64,000 nt of DNA from Chiloscyllium plagiosum (GCF_004010195.1 NC_057720.1:19335717-19399716), one strand, 5' to 3'. Shown: positions 25,440-38,927, numbered from the stretch's first letter. The notes: a model not told the origin generated them from the sequence alone. Numbers and translations are program-made.

Positions 25440-26530
25440 GCCTGCTGATCAATACTGGCTTCCCAGTCCATCAACCTAATTTTAAAAGTTTCATTCTTGT
25501 GTTCAAGACCATAAGACCATAAGACATAGGAGTGGAAGTAAGGCCATTCGGCCCATCGAGTCCACTCCGCCATTCAATCATGGCTGATGCGCATTTCAGC
25601 TCCACTTACCAGCGTTCTCCCCGTAGCCCTTAATTCCTCTAGACAACAAGAATCTATCAATCTCGGCCTTGAAGACATTTAGCGTCCCGGCTTCCACTGC
25701 ACTCCGTGGCAATGAATTCCACAGGCCCACCACTCTCTGGCTGAAGAAATGTCTCCGCATTTCTGTTCTGAAATGACCCTCTCTAATTCTAAGGCTGTGT
25801 CCACGGGTCCTAGTCTCCTCGTCTAACGGAAACAATTTCCTAGCATCCACCTTTTCCAAGCCATGTATTATTTTGTACGTCTCTATTAAGTCTCCCCTTA
25901 ATCTTCTAAACTCCAACGAATACAATCCCAGTATCCTCAGCCGTTCCTCATATGTTAGACCAGTCATTCCAGGGATCATCCGTGTGAATCTCCGCTGGAC
26001 ACGTTCCAGTGCCAGTATGTCCTTCCTGAGGTGTGGGGACCAAAACTGGACACAGTACTCCAAATGGGGCCTAACCAGAGCTTTATAAAGTCTTAGTAGT
26101 ACATCTCTGCTTTTATATTTCAACCCTCTTGAGATAAGAGACAACATTGCATTCGCTTTCTTAATCACGGACTCAACCTGCATGTTTACCTTTAGAGAAT
26201 CCTCGACCAGTTCCTCCTTGGTCCATCCTGTCCCACCTCTGACCTCATCCAGCTTTACAATCTTTGGTGATCTCTGTTTTGCTAATTCAGGTGTTGCATA
26301 AACTTAACTGCACCCTCCCCCACTGGTGGCTGTGCTTTCAGCTCTAAATCCTGTAATTTAATTTCTTAACCTTTCTCTCATCCTGAAAAATGCTCCTTAA
26401 AGCCTCTCTCTTTGACCAAGCTTTAATTCATCTCTCCTAATGGTTCTTCTGCAACACCAGCCCCTTGGCTCAGTGTCAATATGCTTTTGCAGGAAGTGTC
26501 TTGGGGCATTTTATCATATTAAAAGGGGAA
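25440..26530 (+). mobile_element. Old L2-like LINE 3' remnant interrupted by CR1
   Basis: tggcttcccagt..aattttaaaa..ttgtgttcaa and ctctttgaccaagcttt..tgtcttggggcatttt resemble L2 3' ends. Confidence 0.5.
25505..26210 (-). mobile_element. Young CR1 LINE 3' portion with intact frame
   Basis: 195-aa open frame KANAML..LVRPHLEYCVQFWSP..VQRRFTRM..FFSQRVVGLWNSLP; (cataagac)n tail. Confidence 0.93.
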
Positions 26531-26670
26531 GAAAGCTATTCAAATTCAGCGTATTATTGTCATTACTATTTTGGTGTATGTGTAATTTGTTCAGAATGAC
26601 CAGCCTGTATGGGAATGATGGCAAGTACAGCATCATTAAAAAAAAGTGTTAAACCCTCTACTGCTGATAA

Positions 26671-26982
26671 GGCACAGTGGCTCAGTGGTCAGCACTGCTG
26701 CCTCACAGCATCAGGGACCTGGGTTCGATTCCAGCCTTGAGTGAATGTTTGTATGGAGTTTGCACCCTGTGTCTCATGGGTTTCCTCTTGCAGTTCAAAG
26801 TTGTGCAGGTTAGGTGGATTGGCCATACTAATCTGCCCACAGTGTCCAAGAATTTGTAGGTTAGGTGGGTCAGCCATGAGAAATGCAGGGATAGGTAGGG
26901 GGGTGAGTTGGGGTGGGCTAGTCAAAGAGTCAGTGTGGACATGTTGGGCCAAACGGCCTATGTACACACTGTAGGGATTCTA
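26671..26982 (+). mobile_element. HE1-type V-SINE (diverged)
   Basis: TGGCTCAGTGG, GGTTCGATTCC, ctgtagggattcta end. Confidence 0.85.
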
Positions 26983-28006
26983 TACTGTTAGCAGTGATGT
27001 TGGGCCACAGTGTCTGGGACACAGATTTATGAAAGAATTGAGAGCTTCTTTTGTGTAATATTTGAGAAATACGTAATTGTGCAAAGCCCATGGAAATCCC
27101 TGCCTTTCACTAGTCTTTCTCTTTCACGCTTCTATCTGTCCTTTATGCGCCTGGTTGGTCTTTCCATGCAGTCCGTGTGGCTGATATATTCCTAGGTCAC
27201 TGATGTTATTCACTGAGCAGACTGAACAGAGGTCTGATTCCACCTCAATTCCTCCCATCAGCAACAGTGACTGAACCATTCTGATACTGGGGATTGACAC
27301 TGCCTCCTCTGCAGCTGTAGCACTGTTTCTATCTCACTAATAAAACTACTTAAAATCGCAAGTCTTCTTATTATTGCCATCGGAAAAACAAACCCAAATC
27401 TGATACCAGGCCTCTCAGCCAGCGACGGGGCATCAGGTCGATGCTTTAACAGCTATTTAGAGCCAATATTCCCTGTCACTGTACGATCCACCCTGTTGCC
27501 TTTCTAACTGGATTCCAGAGCTTGAAGTATGCTGGAGGTTTGCCAGGTTATTTGCCTTTTCACATCAAAGGAATGATCTCCTGTTTTATACTTACTGATG
27601 GTTTCAGTGACCGAGAAATTTGAATGGGCCCAAAAACATGTTATAGAAGAAGTAGGAACTGGATAAGACCGTTCAGCCCATCGAACCTGCCCCACCATTC
27701 TATACGATCATGGCTCATCCTTGGATTTCGGCTCCACTTTACAAGATGCTCCCAATATTCTATGATGGCCTGAGAGGCCAAATCCCTGACTTGCTTCACC
27801 TTGAATATCCCAACAATGGAGCATCCACAATCCCCTAGGGCAGAAATGTCGAAAGAATCACAAGCTTTTGAGTGAAGAGATCTTTGCTCGTCTCTGTCCT
27901 CAACAATTATCCCTTTAACCCAACACTATCCCAACAACCTGTGTTTAAATCTGTGGAAACAACTTCTCAGCGTCTACTCCGTCAAGCTCCTTCAAAGGTC
28001 TTGTTT

Positions 28007-28090
28007 CAGAAGAGTAATGGGTCACTGGACCTGAAACATTAACTCAGATTTCTCTCCACAGATGCTGCCAGACCTGTTGAGTTTTTCCAA
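28007..28090 (+). mobile_element. PLE 3'-terminal fragment (family E)
   Basis: gggtcactggacctgaaacattaactc..gatgctgccagacctg. Confidence 0.65.
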
Positions 28091-28639
28091 CAATTTCTGT
28101 TTTTGGATTCATGACAAGTAGATCATGCCTGGCAAACCTCATTGAATGTTTTGAAGGTAGTGGACAGGGGAATATGTGTGAATATTGTTTATATGGACCC
28201 AGAAGGTATTTGATAGTCAATAGTCTTCCCACGTGAGAGACTATTAACTAAGACAGAAGCTTATGGAAGTGAGGGCAAATTATTGACATGGTTAGAAATT
28301 GGTTGAGTGGCAGGAGACAGAAAGTAGGGTTAACAGATAGATACTCAAATTGGCAGGATGTGACCCTTGGTGACCCACAAGGATCTGTGTTAAGGCCTCA
28401 ATTATTCATGTTATTTATTAATAATTTGGATAATGGCATGGAAAGCCATATATCTGTATTTGCTGAAAACATGAAGTTAGGAGTCAGTGTAGATGGTAAC
28501 ATAAAATTACAAAGAGACATTGACAGACTAAGTGATTGGGCAAAACTATGGCAGATGGAGTTCAATGAAAGCAAGAAAGAGGTTATCCACTTAGGACTGG
28601 CAAAAGATAGATTGGGATCATTTCTAGATGGTATGAAGA

Positions 28640-28934
28640 TAAGATTCTTTACAGTGTGGAAACAGGCCCTTCGGCCCAACAAGTCCACACCGACCCTCCG
28701 AACAGTAACCCACCTAGACCCATTTCTCTCTGGCTAATGCACCTAACACTATGGGCAATTTAGCATGACCAATTCTTTGGACTGTGGGAGGAAACCGGAG
28801 CACCCGGAGAAAACCAAGCAGACATGGGGAGAACGTGCAAACTCCACACAGACAGTCACCCAAGGTTGGAATCAAACCTGGAACCCTGGTGCTGTGAGGG
28901 AGCAGTGCTAACCACTGAGCCACCATGCCACCCC
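28640..28934 (-). mobile_element. HE1-type V-SINE
   Basis: Antisense A/B boxes and V-core. Confidence 0.88.
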
Positions 28935-29532
28935 CATAAATACGGTGGATGTCCAAAGTGACATGGAGGTTCAGGTGCATAGACATTTAAAAGGATCATG
29001 AACAGGTGCAGAAGATAATCAAAAAGACAAATAGGAAACTGGCCTTTATATCAAAAGGACTGGAGTTCAAGATTGCAGACGTTATGCTGCAGTTTTACAC
29101 TTAGTTAGACCCCACTTGGAATATTGTGAGCAGATGTCAGCACCACACCTCCAGACGTTGGCCCTGGAGGTGAGTGCAATATAGGTTTACAACAACAATA
29201 CCTGGACATCATTATGAGGAACGATTATGTAAATTAGGGCTGTGGTCTCCAGAATTTAGAAAGTTAAAGGGTGATATGATCAATGGCTTCACGAAATTAA
29301 CAAGAAAAGACAAGCAAAAACTATTTCCACTGGTTGGGGGTTCTAGGACTAGGAACACAGTCTAACAATTATGGCCAGACCTTTCAGGAGAGGGGTTAGG
29401 GGGCATTTCTACAGACAAAGGGTAGTAGATGCTTGGAACTCTCCTCCACAAATGGCGGCAGATACTGGATCAGTTGTTAATTTTAAATCTGAGATAGACA
29501 TATTTTTGTTAAGCAAAGGTATTGAGGAATAT

Positions 29533-30797
29533 GGTAAAAACAATGACTGCAGATACTGGAAACCAGATTCTGGAGTAGAGTGGTGCTGGAAAAAGAGTGG
29601 TGCTGGAAAAGCACAGCAGTTCAGGCAGCATCCGAGGAGCAGTAAAATCGACGATTCAGGCATAAGCCCTTCATCAGGAATACAGGCAGAGTGCCTGAAG
29701 GGTGGAGAGATAAATGAGAGGAGGGTGGGGGTGNNNNNNNNNNNNNNNNNNNNNNNNNNNNNNNNNNNNNNNNNNNNNNNNNNNNNNNNNNNNNNNNNNN
29801 NNNNNNNNNNNNNNNNNNNNNNNNNNNNNNNNNNNNNNNNNNNNNNNNNNNNNNNNNNNNNNNNNNNNNNNNNNNNNNNNNNNNNNNNNNNNNNNNNNNN
29901 NNNNNNNNNNNNNNNNNNNNNNNNNNNNNNNNNNNNNNNNNNNNNNNNNNNNNNNNNNNNNNNNNNNNNNNNNNNNNNNNNNNNNNNNNNNNNNNNNNNN
30001 NNNNNNNNNNNNNNNNNNNNNNNNNNNNNNNNNNNNNNNNNNNNNNNNNNNNNNNNNNNNNNNNNNNNNNNNNNNNNNNNNNNNNNNNNNNNNNNNNNNN
30101 NNNNNNNNNNNNNNNNNNNNNNNNNNNNNNNNNNNNNNNNNNNNNNNNNNNNNNNNGAGGGAATGGTCTTTGCGGAAGGCGGAGAGGGGAATATATCCCT
30201 GGTGGTGGGGTCTGTTTGGAGGTGGCGGAGATGTCGGGGGATGATTTGGTTTATGCGAAGGTTGGTAGGGTGGAAGGTGAGCACCAGGGGCGTTCTGTCT
30301 TTGTTACGGTTGGAGGGGTGGGGTTTGAGGGCGGAGGTGCGGGATGTGGACGAGATGTGTTAGAGGGCATCTTTAACCACGTGAGAAGGGAAATTGCGGT
30401 GTCTAAAGAAGGAGGCCATCTGATGTGTTCTGTGGTGGAACTGGTCCTCCTGGGAGCAGATATGGCGGAGGCGGAGGAATTGGGAATACGGGATGGCATT
30501 TTTGCAGGGGGTAGTATGGGAAGAGGTGTAATCCAGGTACTGTGGGAGTCGGTGGGTTTGTAAAAAATGTCAGTATCAAGTCGGTCGTCATTAATGGAGA
30601 TGGAGAGGTGTCAGAGATGGTCCAGGTAAATTTAAGGTCAGGGTGGAATGTGTTGGTGAAGTTGATGAATTGCTCAACCTCCTCGCGGGAGCACGAGGTG
30701 GCGCCAATGCAGTCGTCAATGTAGCAGAGGAAGAGGTGGGGAGTGGTGCCGGTGTAATTACGGAAGATGGACTGTTCTACGTAGCCAACAAAGAGAC
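29533..30797 (-). mobile_element. Truncated PLE (Neptune-like), same family as 13385
   Basis: Antisense RT (LFVGYVEQS..LCYIDDC) and 3' tail; TSD-like aggaatatgg at 29525-29534 and 30798-30807; gap 29734-30156. Confidence 0.9.
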
Positions 30798-32102
30798 AGG
30801 AATATGGGTCAAAGGTAGATACGTGGACTTAGGCCACAGATCAGCCATGATCTAATTGAATAGTGGAAGAGGCTCAAGGATTTGAACAGCTTACTCCTGT
30901 TCCTACAATGTCCCTTTTGTAAAACCATGTGGAGTTTGGCCAATCATACTGTAGTTTTCTAAGTGCTCTCAACGTACATCAAGATTTTGTGTTAAGCATG
31001 GAGATCACTTTGTCAGACGTAGACAAAACAGTCAAATCCATGAACATGATAGTAGCACCCACCTCTTGTGATAGCATCTGTGGCAGCCAACACTAAGATA
31101 CACATCACCCTGGAAAGCTTTCACCAGCAATGGAACCTCATTCTCCACTGCCCACACTCTGAGACAAAGAAGTATTCGGCTTCCTTGAATCAGTGCAATT
31201 AGCTAACGAGACTCAAAGCTTAAAGCCATGGAGGACAGGAGTGGAAGATATGTCTAACTGTATAAGTTGTACTGTACCACCTTGCCATGGTCTGTGATCT
31301 GGTTATCAGGCTGCAATCATTTCAAGTACAGAGAAGGCTTCTATTATTCAGGTAACCGATAGTCCATTCCGTTAAAAAGAAGTGGAACACTTCAGAGATA
31401 GACTTTGAAAAGCAGTTCTCTGCTTATCCCCGCAGGCATTCACAGGCTAATCTATCTATCATGATGGTGGGTTATCTGGGGAGCTAAAATTCCCTCTATT
31501 ACTCACAGTAACATTCCTCATCCATGATAACATCTAAACCTGCTGCTGATCAGACCAAAATATTCAACTGTGGAAACAAGAAAGCTCCCTTCGAGCAGGA
31601 ACAGTGTTACATAACTCATTACAAGCATGGCACTTATGAAATGGATGAATTTCAGCATTAGATTATTTCACCCTGCCACTGACATGGACATGCAGTTATT
31701 TACAAAGCAGCTAGAGGCTATAAACAGGAAGATCACCTCAGGCCTGGACTCAGTGTCTGTGTGCGAGCCAACATAATGTTACATAGAATCTGTAGTTAAA
31801 AACAGGCCATTTGGCCCAATCCGACAATGCTGGTGTTAATGCTCCACATGAGACCCCTCCTGACCTTGCTCCCATCCAACGTCTTCTTTTTTTCTTGCTC
31901 CCCCATGTACTTATCCAGCTTTCTTTTAAATGTATCATTTTCCTCTTATTTGAAAAGTGAAGAATGCAGTCTAGAGGCAGTAACATTAAGCCACACTGTG
32001 AAATACAAGAATACACCAGTTGCAGCGGGTCCTCTCGCACATTTGCTGCTGAGAGGTTTGCTATGAGCCAGCAGCAGCAAACCTGGGAAAAAAATTGGCC
32101 TA

Positions 32103-32205
32103 ATTCCTGATGAAAGGCTTATGCCTGAAACGTCGACTCTCCTGCTCCTCAGATGCTACCTGACTGGCTGTGCTTTTCCAACACCACACTCTTCGACTGT
32201 GATCG
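32103..32205 (+). mobile_element. PLE terminal fragment starting at an intact hammerhead motif (32103-32138)
   Basis: ATTC-CTGATGA-A-AGGC(TTAT)GCCT-GAAA-C-GTC-GACT. Confidence 0.75.
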
Positions 32206-33119
32206 CAGCAATCAGGGTAAGTAAGAAAGAAATCCTCAGGAAGGCCTTTTACCAGGTGTCTCAGGGTCTGCTGAAGCTATGTTCCTGTCTGGGTTCGGGA
32301 GGTCTGAAAAACAGGGGTTGTCCAGGCATAGGACGACCTTATGCAGAAATCCTTTTGCCAGAGATGCCAGGACCGAAGGACTGTGAGTCAGGAGTTGGGT
32401 CTGGTTACAAGTGGTCAAGGAGGGGAAAAAGATAAGGGAGGGCAAATTGGGAGGCTGTACGGTGGGCTGAAAGAGGGGGAGGCTGCAAAGGGAATGGGAC
32501 AGAGAGGAGGTGGAAGGGGACCAGCAGAGAGGAAGAGACTGTGGGTGGTTAGGGAAAAGTGGAGGTGACAAGGGGATGAGAGAGAGGGAGAGCCTATAAC
32601 AAGGAGGGGGAGAAACAGGGACTGCAAAGGAGAGAGATTGGTTTGCATGAGCCAGAACAAATGTGAAATTACTGAGATAATTAAATCCTTGCAAATGAAA
32701 GAGGAATCTCTAGTTTAAGGCTGCATATTTTCAGGGGTTATTATTTAGATAAAAATGGTAGTGGATGTTTCAAATTAAATGAATGCTGTCCCAATTTTTA
32801 AATTTAATTTGAGATTGAGATCTGAGATGTACTTAAAAAAGGATAGTAACTTCCTTGGGTTACAATCTTCTAGCTTTGTGTACATACGTTAGAAACACAT
32901 TAACTGTGATTGCATCAGTCCCTGGAAGGTATAATTAAGGTAATGCCTATTTGTTTGTAGAAATGTCTTGGTTATTTTGAAAATAAAAAATTGCTGACTC
33001 ATGCTTGTTGACCTGTGCCAACTTAAATATTGCTGCATCTAGGAAGTTCATGTTTTCCTTGTATGTTTTGGCTTTAAGTTAAATTGAGTATTTGAATAAT
33101 TCTTCTAATTCTGCTTCTG

Positions 33120-33711
33120 TGGAAGTCTACTGTATGTGTCAACACAAATATAGAAGGCATCACTACCAGGTGGCTACTGTAGTGATAGTGGGCGGCACGG
33201 TGGCACAGTGGTTAGCACTGCTGCCTCACAGCGCCAGAGACCCGGGTTCAATTCCCGACTCAGGCGACTGACTGTGTGGAGTTTGCACATTCTCCCCATG
33301 TCTGCGTGGGTTTCCTCCGGGTGCTCCGGTTTCCTCCCACAGTCCAAAGATGTGCAGGTCAGGTGAATTGGCCATGCTAAATTGCCCGTAGTGTTAGGTA
33401 AAAGGGGTAAATGTAGGGGAATGGGTGGGTTGCGCTTCGGCGGGTCAGTGTGGACTTGTTGGGCCGAAGGCCCTGTTTCCACACTGTAAGTAATCTAATC
33501 TAATGATGTCAGCCAGCTAGACCTCATAGAATATGAGTTCCCTGATTGGACCATATTACAGCCCTAATCAGAGAGCCCATGCTGACAGATAAAAAGAGGA
33601 GTGTCAGAGATACTGACACCGTAAGCTGACTCTGAAGGGGCAGTAACTACAGTCATTTGTAAATAAAGGGAGACTCGGAGATAAGATACCAGCCCTTGTG
33701 GAGATATTTCA
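33120..33711 (+). mobile_element. Possible solo LTR interrupted by HE1 SINE
   Basis: ctgattgg and ctaatcag CCAAT-like boxes, gataaaa, aataaa at ~33662, ends ...atttCA; no TSD identified. Confidence 0.35.
33190..33504 (+). mobile_element. HE1-type V-SINE, near-intact
   Basis: TGGCACAGTGG A box, GGTTCAATTCC B box, full V-core, (taatc)n tail. Confidence 0.93.
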
Positions 33712-34199
33712 GAAATGATGAGAAAGGAGCCACTGAAAATCAAAAAGTAGTCTTTGAAAAAAATCTGAGGAAGAGCCCCCAATTTTTGTGTTCTAAAATC
33801 TATTCATGTTTAGGAATATCATTAAGAAGTGGACTACCAGAGAGACAGGAAGAGGGAAGGATGCACAACGGGTGAGAGTATCAGAAGTTGAGATGGCTGG
33901 AAAGAGAGCGATAGAAACTGGGAATGGAAGGAATGTAAGAATCACAGAACGGGACAGCTAACATGTCAGCCTTGACCATGTGTTTTTTATTGGTCTTTAT
34001 CATGCAGTTCTTAACTGTTCTTTGTATATAAACATTGGATTTTCCAAACAGATTATTGCACAATGCGTGTTTTCAGTCTGACAAGCAAACCTGCAAGAAC
34101 CTGCCAGGGACAATAATATGTATAAACATCTCTAAACAAGCTATTCCATCTTAATCAAGGTTCAGTTTCTGATAAACTGTAACAAAGGTAAGCGCACAG

Positions 34200-34410
34200 A
34201 GATGGAAATGTATTGCTGGAAAAGCGCAGCAGGTCAGGCAGCATCTAGGGAACAGGAGAATCGACGTTTCGGGCATTAGCCCTTCTTCAGAAGGGCTAAT
34301 GCCCGAAACGTCGATTCTCCTGTTCCCTAGATGCTGCCTGACCTGCTGCGCTTTTCCAGCAACACATTTCCATCTCTGATCTCCAGCATCTGCAGACCTC
34401 ACTTTCTCCT
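34200..34410. mobile_element. PLE fold-back mini-element (family A)
   Basis: ~90-bp near-perfect arms plus tail; TSD caaaggtaagcgcacag at 34183-34199 and 34411-34427. Confidence 0.9.
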
Positions 34411-34739
34411 CAAAGGTAAGCGCACAGTCTACTCATATTGAAGCCTCGCAGTTTGAAGCTTAAGACAAGTAGGGAGACGAGGTAAAGGAAAATAAATATA
34501 AGTAAAAGCTACTTTTGTTATCTCTTATATATGTTTCTCTCCTGAAGGCGGCACCTGGTTTGGGACACATCCTTGCAAGTACCAGGCACATGCCTTCCAA
34601 TAGTTCACACCTCAATGCCCTTTATGTGGAGGTTCAGACACTGAGTGTGGTTGGGTCATTCAAATACTGCTGGAAGTGAAGGAAGGTGTTACAAGTCCAC
34701 TCCTATCCTCTCCCCATGTCAATACTCATTCTTACAATT

Positions 34740-35737
34740 GTGGTTGTGGTTATTGGATGTCAATCATCTCAGCTCCAGGACAGCTCTGCAGGAATGCCTC
34801 AGGGTAATGTCTTTGGCCCAACCACCTTCAGCTGCTTCATCAATTACCTTCCCTCCACCATAATGTCAGAAGTGGAGATGTTCGCTGAGAATTGCACAAT
34901 GTTTAGCACCATTACGACTCTTCAGATATCAAAGCAGTCCATATTCAAATACAGCAAGATCTGGGTAGTATCCAAGTTTGGGCTGACAAATGGAAAGTAA
35001 CATCTGTGCCACACAATGACAATATCCAATAAGAGACAATCTAACCACAGACCCTTGACATTCAATAACATTATCATTACAGAATCCCCTACCATCAACA
35101 TCCTGAGGGTTACCATTGACCAGAAAATAAACTGGCTCACCACATAAACATAACGGCTACAAGTGCAAGTCAGAGGCTAAGAATATCCCAGTGAGTAATA
35201 CACCTCATGACTCCTCAGAGGTTGTCCAACATCTACAGGGCACAAGTCATGAGTGAAATGGAATACACCCTACTTGCTGGATGGATACAGCTCCAACAAC
35301 ACTCAAGATGCTTGACACCATCCAGGTCAAAGCAGCCTGCTTGATTGGTACCACATCCACTCCTCCTATCACTGACACTCACTGTGTACTAATTACAAGA
35401 TGCACTGCAGAAATTCACCAAAAATCCTCAGACAGCACCTTCCAAACACTTCCACCAAGAAGGCCAAGGACAGCAGGTGCATGTGAACTTCATCACCGGC
35501 AAGTTCCCCTCCAAGCCAGTCACCAACCTGACTTGGAAAAATGTTGCCTTTTACTTCATGGTCACTGAATCAAAATCCTGGAACTCCCTCCCTAAGGGCA
35601 TTGTGGGTCAACCTACAACAGGTGGACTGCAGCGGTTCACAAAGGCATCTCACCTCCACCTTCTCAAGGGTAACTTGCAATGGACAATATATGCTGGCCC
35701 AGCCAATGAGGCCTACATCCCACAAGTGAATAAGAAA
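34740..35737 (+). mobile_element. CR1-clade LINE (second family) sharing its 3' tail with the Deu-SINE
   Basis: GMPQGNVFGPTTFSCFINYLP..MFAEN (decayed PQG/FADD); 3' end caatatatgctggcccagcc..catccca. Confidence 0.8.
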
Positions 35738-36017
35738 ACTCCCCCTCCTATTCATCTGAATTTGATGATCCTTTCATTTTCAATATTTCACACTTTCTTG
35801 GGCTATTTGGCCCAGTGTTTATACTGACTGGACTCCACTGGGGAAAGGTTATATGGAAGAAGTGTCTTTAATGATTTTATCAAGAGGTCATATTCTTGAT
35901 TGCAAACAGCTCCAATCCCTCCACAAGACTATTTAATGCCTGCCAATCAAACATGGTTGAATTATACAGTTGAGAAATCTTCGTTAATATTTACCATGGA
36001 ATACAAAACGCAATCAG

Positions 36018-36140
36018 AGGGCTCTTGTGGTGCAGTGATAGTGTCACTACCTCTGAGCCAGGAGCCCCAAGGTCATGTCTCACTTGCTCCAGAGGTGTGT
36101 AATGACATCCCTAGGATGGATTGATCGGAAAATATCTACA
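36018..36140 (+). mobile_element. Short tRNA-derived SINE
   Basis: gggctcttgtggtgcagtgatagtgtc..cctctgagccagga..cttgctccagaggtgtgtaat. Confidence 0.6.
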
Positions 36141-36259
36141 AACCATAATGATGCGTGACTGAGAAACAAACAAATTGATCTTGTGTCTTTCTCATTTAAT
36201 TAAAATAAATTAAAATAAATTGTAAGCTGGGAATGCAGGATAAGTAGTTAAGAACAGTT

Positions 36260-36672
36260 CATAGAGTCATAGTCATGGACGGTCCAACTCGTCCATGTTG
36301 ACTAGATAACCCAACCTAATCTAGTCCCACCTGCCAGCACCCGGCCCATATCCCTCCAAACCCTTCCTATTCATATACTCATCCAAATGCCTCTTAAATG
36401 TTGCAATTGTATCAGCCTCCACCGCATCCTCTGGCAGCTCATTCCATAAACGTACCACCCTCTGCGTGAAAAAGTTGCCCCTTAGGTCTCTTTTATATCT
36501 TTCCCCTCTCACCCTAAACCTATGCCCTCTAGTTCTGGACTCCCCCACCCCAGGGAAGAGACTTTGAATATTTATCCTATCCATGCCCTTCATGATTTTT
36601 TAAACCTCTGTAAGGTCACCCCTCAGCTTCCAACGCTCCAGGGAAAACAGCCCCAGCCTATTCAGCCTCTCC
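36260..36672 (-). mobile_element. HER1-like CR1 3' fragment
   Basis: SLFPGVGESRTRGHRFRVRGERYKRDLRGNFFTQRVV. Confidence 0.92.
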
Positions 36673-37262
36673 CAAAAGAGACAGAGATGGCAGGATCAGA
36701 GCAGAGGGACTCAGATTTGATTTCATTGGGATAGACCCTATTTTTAGCCATCTTGCCAAGTATTGAAGGTGCCAGAGATTGTGTTAAACTGTGACACCCT
36801 TCTTCCCATCACATACGTGTTTCAAAAGCCATGTCAAAAGTGCCCATCTTATTCCTTCAAGGAACGCAGTTCGCTGCAGCCCAATACCAAGGGCAGAAAG
36901 ACTAGTGATTATTTTCTTTCTTTGACCAGCTAGATTTTAAATTCTTGAAGAACCTCAGCTTGGTGTTTATTAGTCTCTGAGCTGTATCATAGCTTCCCTG
37001 ACGAGAAATGCACACACTCTCATGGCTAACCCAATCACGAACAGTTGATGCACAGATTGGCAAAACCACTGTTCATATATCGCTTTAATGAACTAGGCTC
37101 CACAGGCATCTCAGGGATGGTGGATTATAGCATGTGAGGTAAGGATTAAATGTTTACAGGCTTCTTCAGTCAGAAATGCCGATTGGCACCTTTCACAGCC
37201 ACATTCTGACATCCTCAACCCACCCCTTGTGTAGTGACTAAGAAAATGACAAAATCACTCAC

Positions 37263-37579
37263 CCAGAATGGAATTCTGTGACCTCTTGTAATGGGTGCTC
37301 TTCAATTATCTCATAAGACAATGATGTTTTGTGCAATCGGGTTGGCAAAGGCTGTGGCTGGTTTCCTATGGGACTGTACGTGCCATCACGTATCACAGAC
37401 ACCTTCCCATTTTTTTTTCTCGGCAGTGTGCCATGAATGGAAATACCCTGGAGTGAGCCAGAAAGCTGACCAGTGAGATGGCCTTTGATATTGAGCATGT
37501 CCATCGATGACTGGAGCGAGCTCTTACGGCTGGTTTGGATCTTACGAGGTAAACTTGCATAGTTTCCTGCAGCCATCAT
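37263..37579 (-). CDS. BCAR3: BCAR3 (NSP2/AND-34, SH2 + Cdc25-like adaptor), first coding exon; exon spans 37587-37263
   Basis: Translation (M)MAAGNYASLPRK...SSMDML...SIHGTLPRKK matches the recalled vertebrate BCAR3 N-terminus (MAAGKFASLPR...SSMDLL...SIHGTLPRKK). Acceptor tttctaaatgcAG lies 11 nt before the ATG at 37576. Donor TCT GG|GTGAGT at 37263/37262 is phase 2. Confidence 0.92.
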
Positions 37580-38927
37580 CTTCAGCTCTGCATTTAGAAA
37601 GACAAGCAGACACCATTAACAAATCAGGCAGCAGTTAATCATTACACAAAAGAAGCTATTAAGACTTCATGCCAATTAGAGTCCATTAGCGACAGCTAAC
37701 AGAAATGATTAACAGCTCACTCTACAAATGGTCCTTGAGTAACTCCAAAAGATCTGACAATTTCTGAAAGGCTTGGCAAGGGGTTCAGAAGGACAGGTAT
37801 GGCACTGATGGTTTGATTCCATCCTGCCAGTCCAGGTCATTGGAGCTTTACGCTCCTGCTGTATCCAATCAATGCAAGTATTTTTTAAAAAATGTCCTCT
37901 ACACTTTGCTCCTCTTCCAGGGGCAGAGTTTCGATCTTTTGACACTTTTTCAAATAGCCATCACTGACCTGAGCATCTCAAGAGCTAGAATTGATGGTAG
38001 TATTGTCAGGTTGATAGACTGTCCTGATGTCTCCAGCAATTCAAGGTGAATTTCCCAGTCACTATGGAGGCAATTCAGGTTAAAAAGTGTGTGTTTGTGG
38101 GTTTTCTCTAAATTACTGCATTGGTTTATAAATATATGTATTTATATAACTATATATGTGTGGTTCAAATGGTATCACCTAGAAGCATTGAAGTGTTATA
38201 GTCCAGAAGGAGGCCATTTGGCCCATTGTGCCTACACTTGTTCTTCAACAAATATTATGACTTGGTGCCATTCTACTGTCTTTTCTCCAGATCCTTGAAC
38301 ATTGTTCTGATTTAAATAACCTTCCAATGCCCTCTTGAATGCTTCAATTCCTCCACCACACTTCCAGACAGTGCATGCCAGCCCCATTTACTCTGAGTGA
38401 AAAAGATTTTTCTCACACTACATTTGCTTGTTTTGCAAATTACTTTAAATCTGTGCCCTCTTGTTCTTGATTCCTTTCTGAGTGGAAAGTTTCTCCCAAT
38501 CTACTCGATCCAGCTCCCTCTTAATATTGAAAACTTCTATCATATCTTCTCATAATCTTCTTATCTCCAAGAAGAACAGTCTGAACTGAGAATCATCAAA
38601 TTACAGAATCCCTACAGTGTGGAAGCAGGCCATTCGGCCTATCGAGTCCACATCGACCCTCCGAAAAGCATCCTACCTGTACATACCCCATCCCTGTAAC
38701 CCTGCATTTCCCTGCATATTCTTCCTACCAAAATGCATCACCTCACACTATTCCGCATTGATCTTCTTCTGCTACATATCCATTCTCTCCTTCACTCACA
38801 CTTCCAAGACACAAGGCACTTCAGGGCTTCTCAAACATAACATCAACCCCAGCCAACCGAAACCAGGTTGCCAGCCAAACAGCCCATTTGCTTTCATATT
38901 GGTTTGGAAAAGTGATGGGCCAGACGC

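Larger units (their letters stand above)
28125..30905 (+). mobile_element. Old CR1 LINE hosting an HE1 SINE and a PLE
   Basis: WLSGRRQKV, GDPQGSVL, LQRDIDRL..WQMEFN; its 3'UTR resumes at 30800. Confidence 0.8.

Noticed and set aside
33190..33265. tRNA gene
   Set aside because: A/B boxes belong to the HE1 SINE head and are followed by the V-core and tail; the same applies to the other copies
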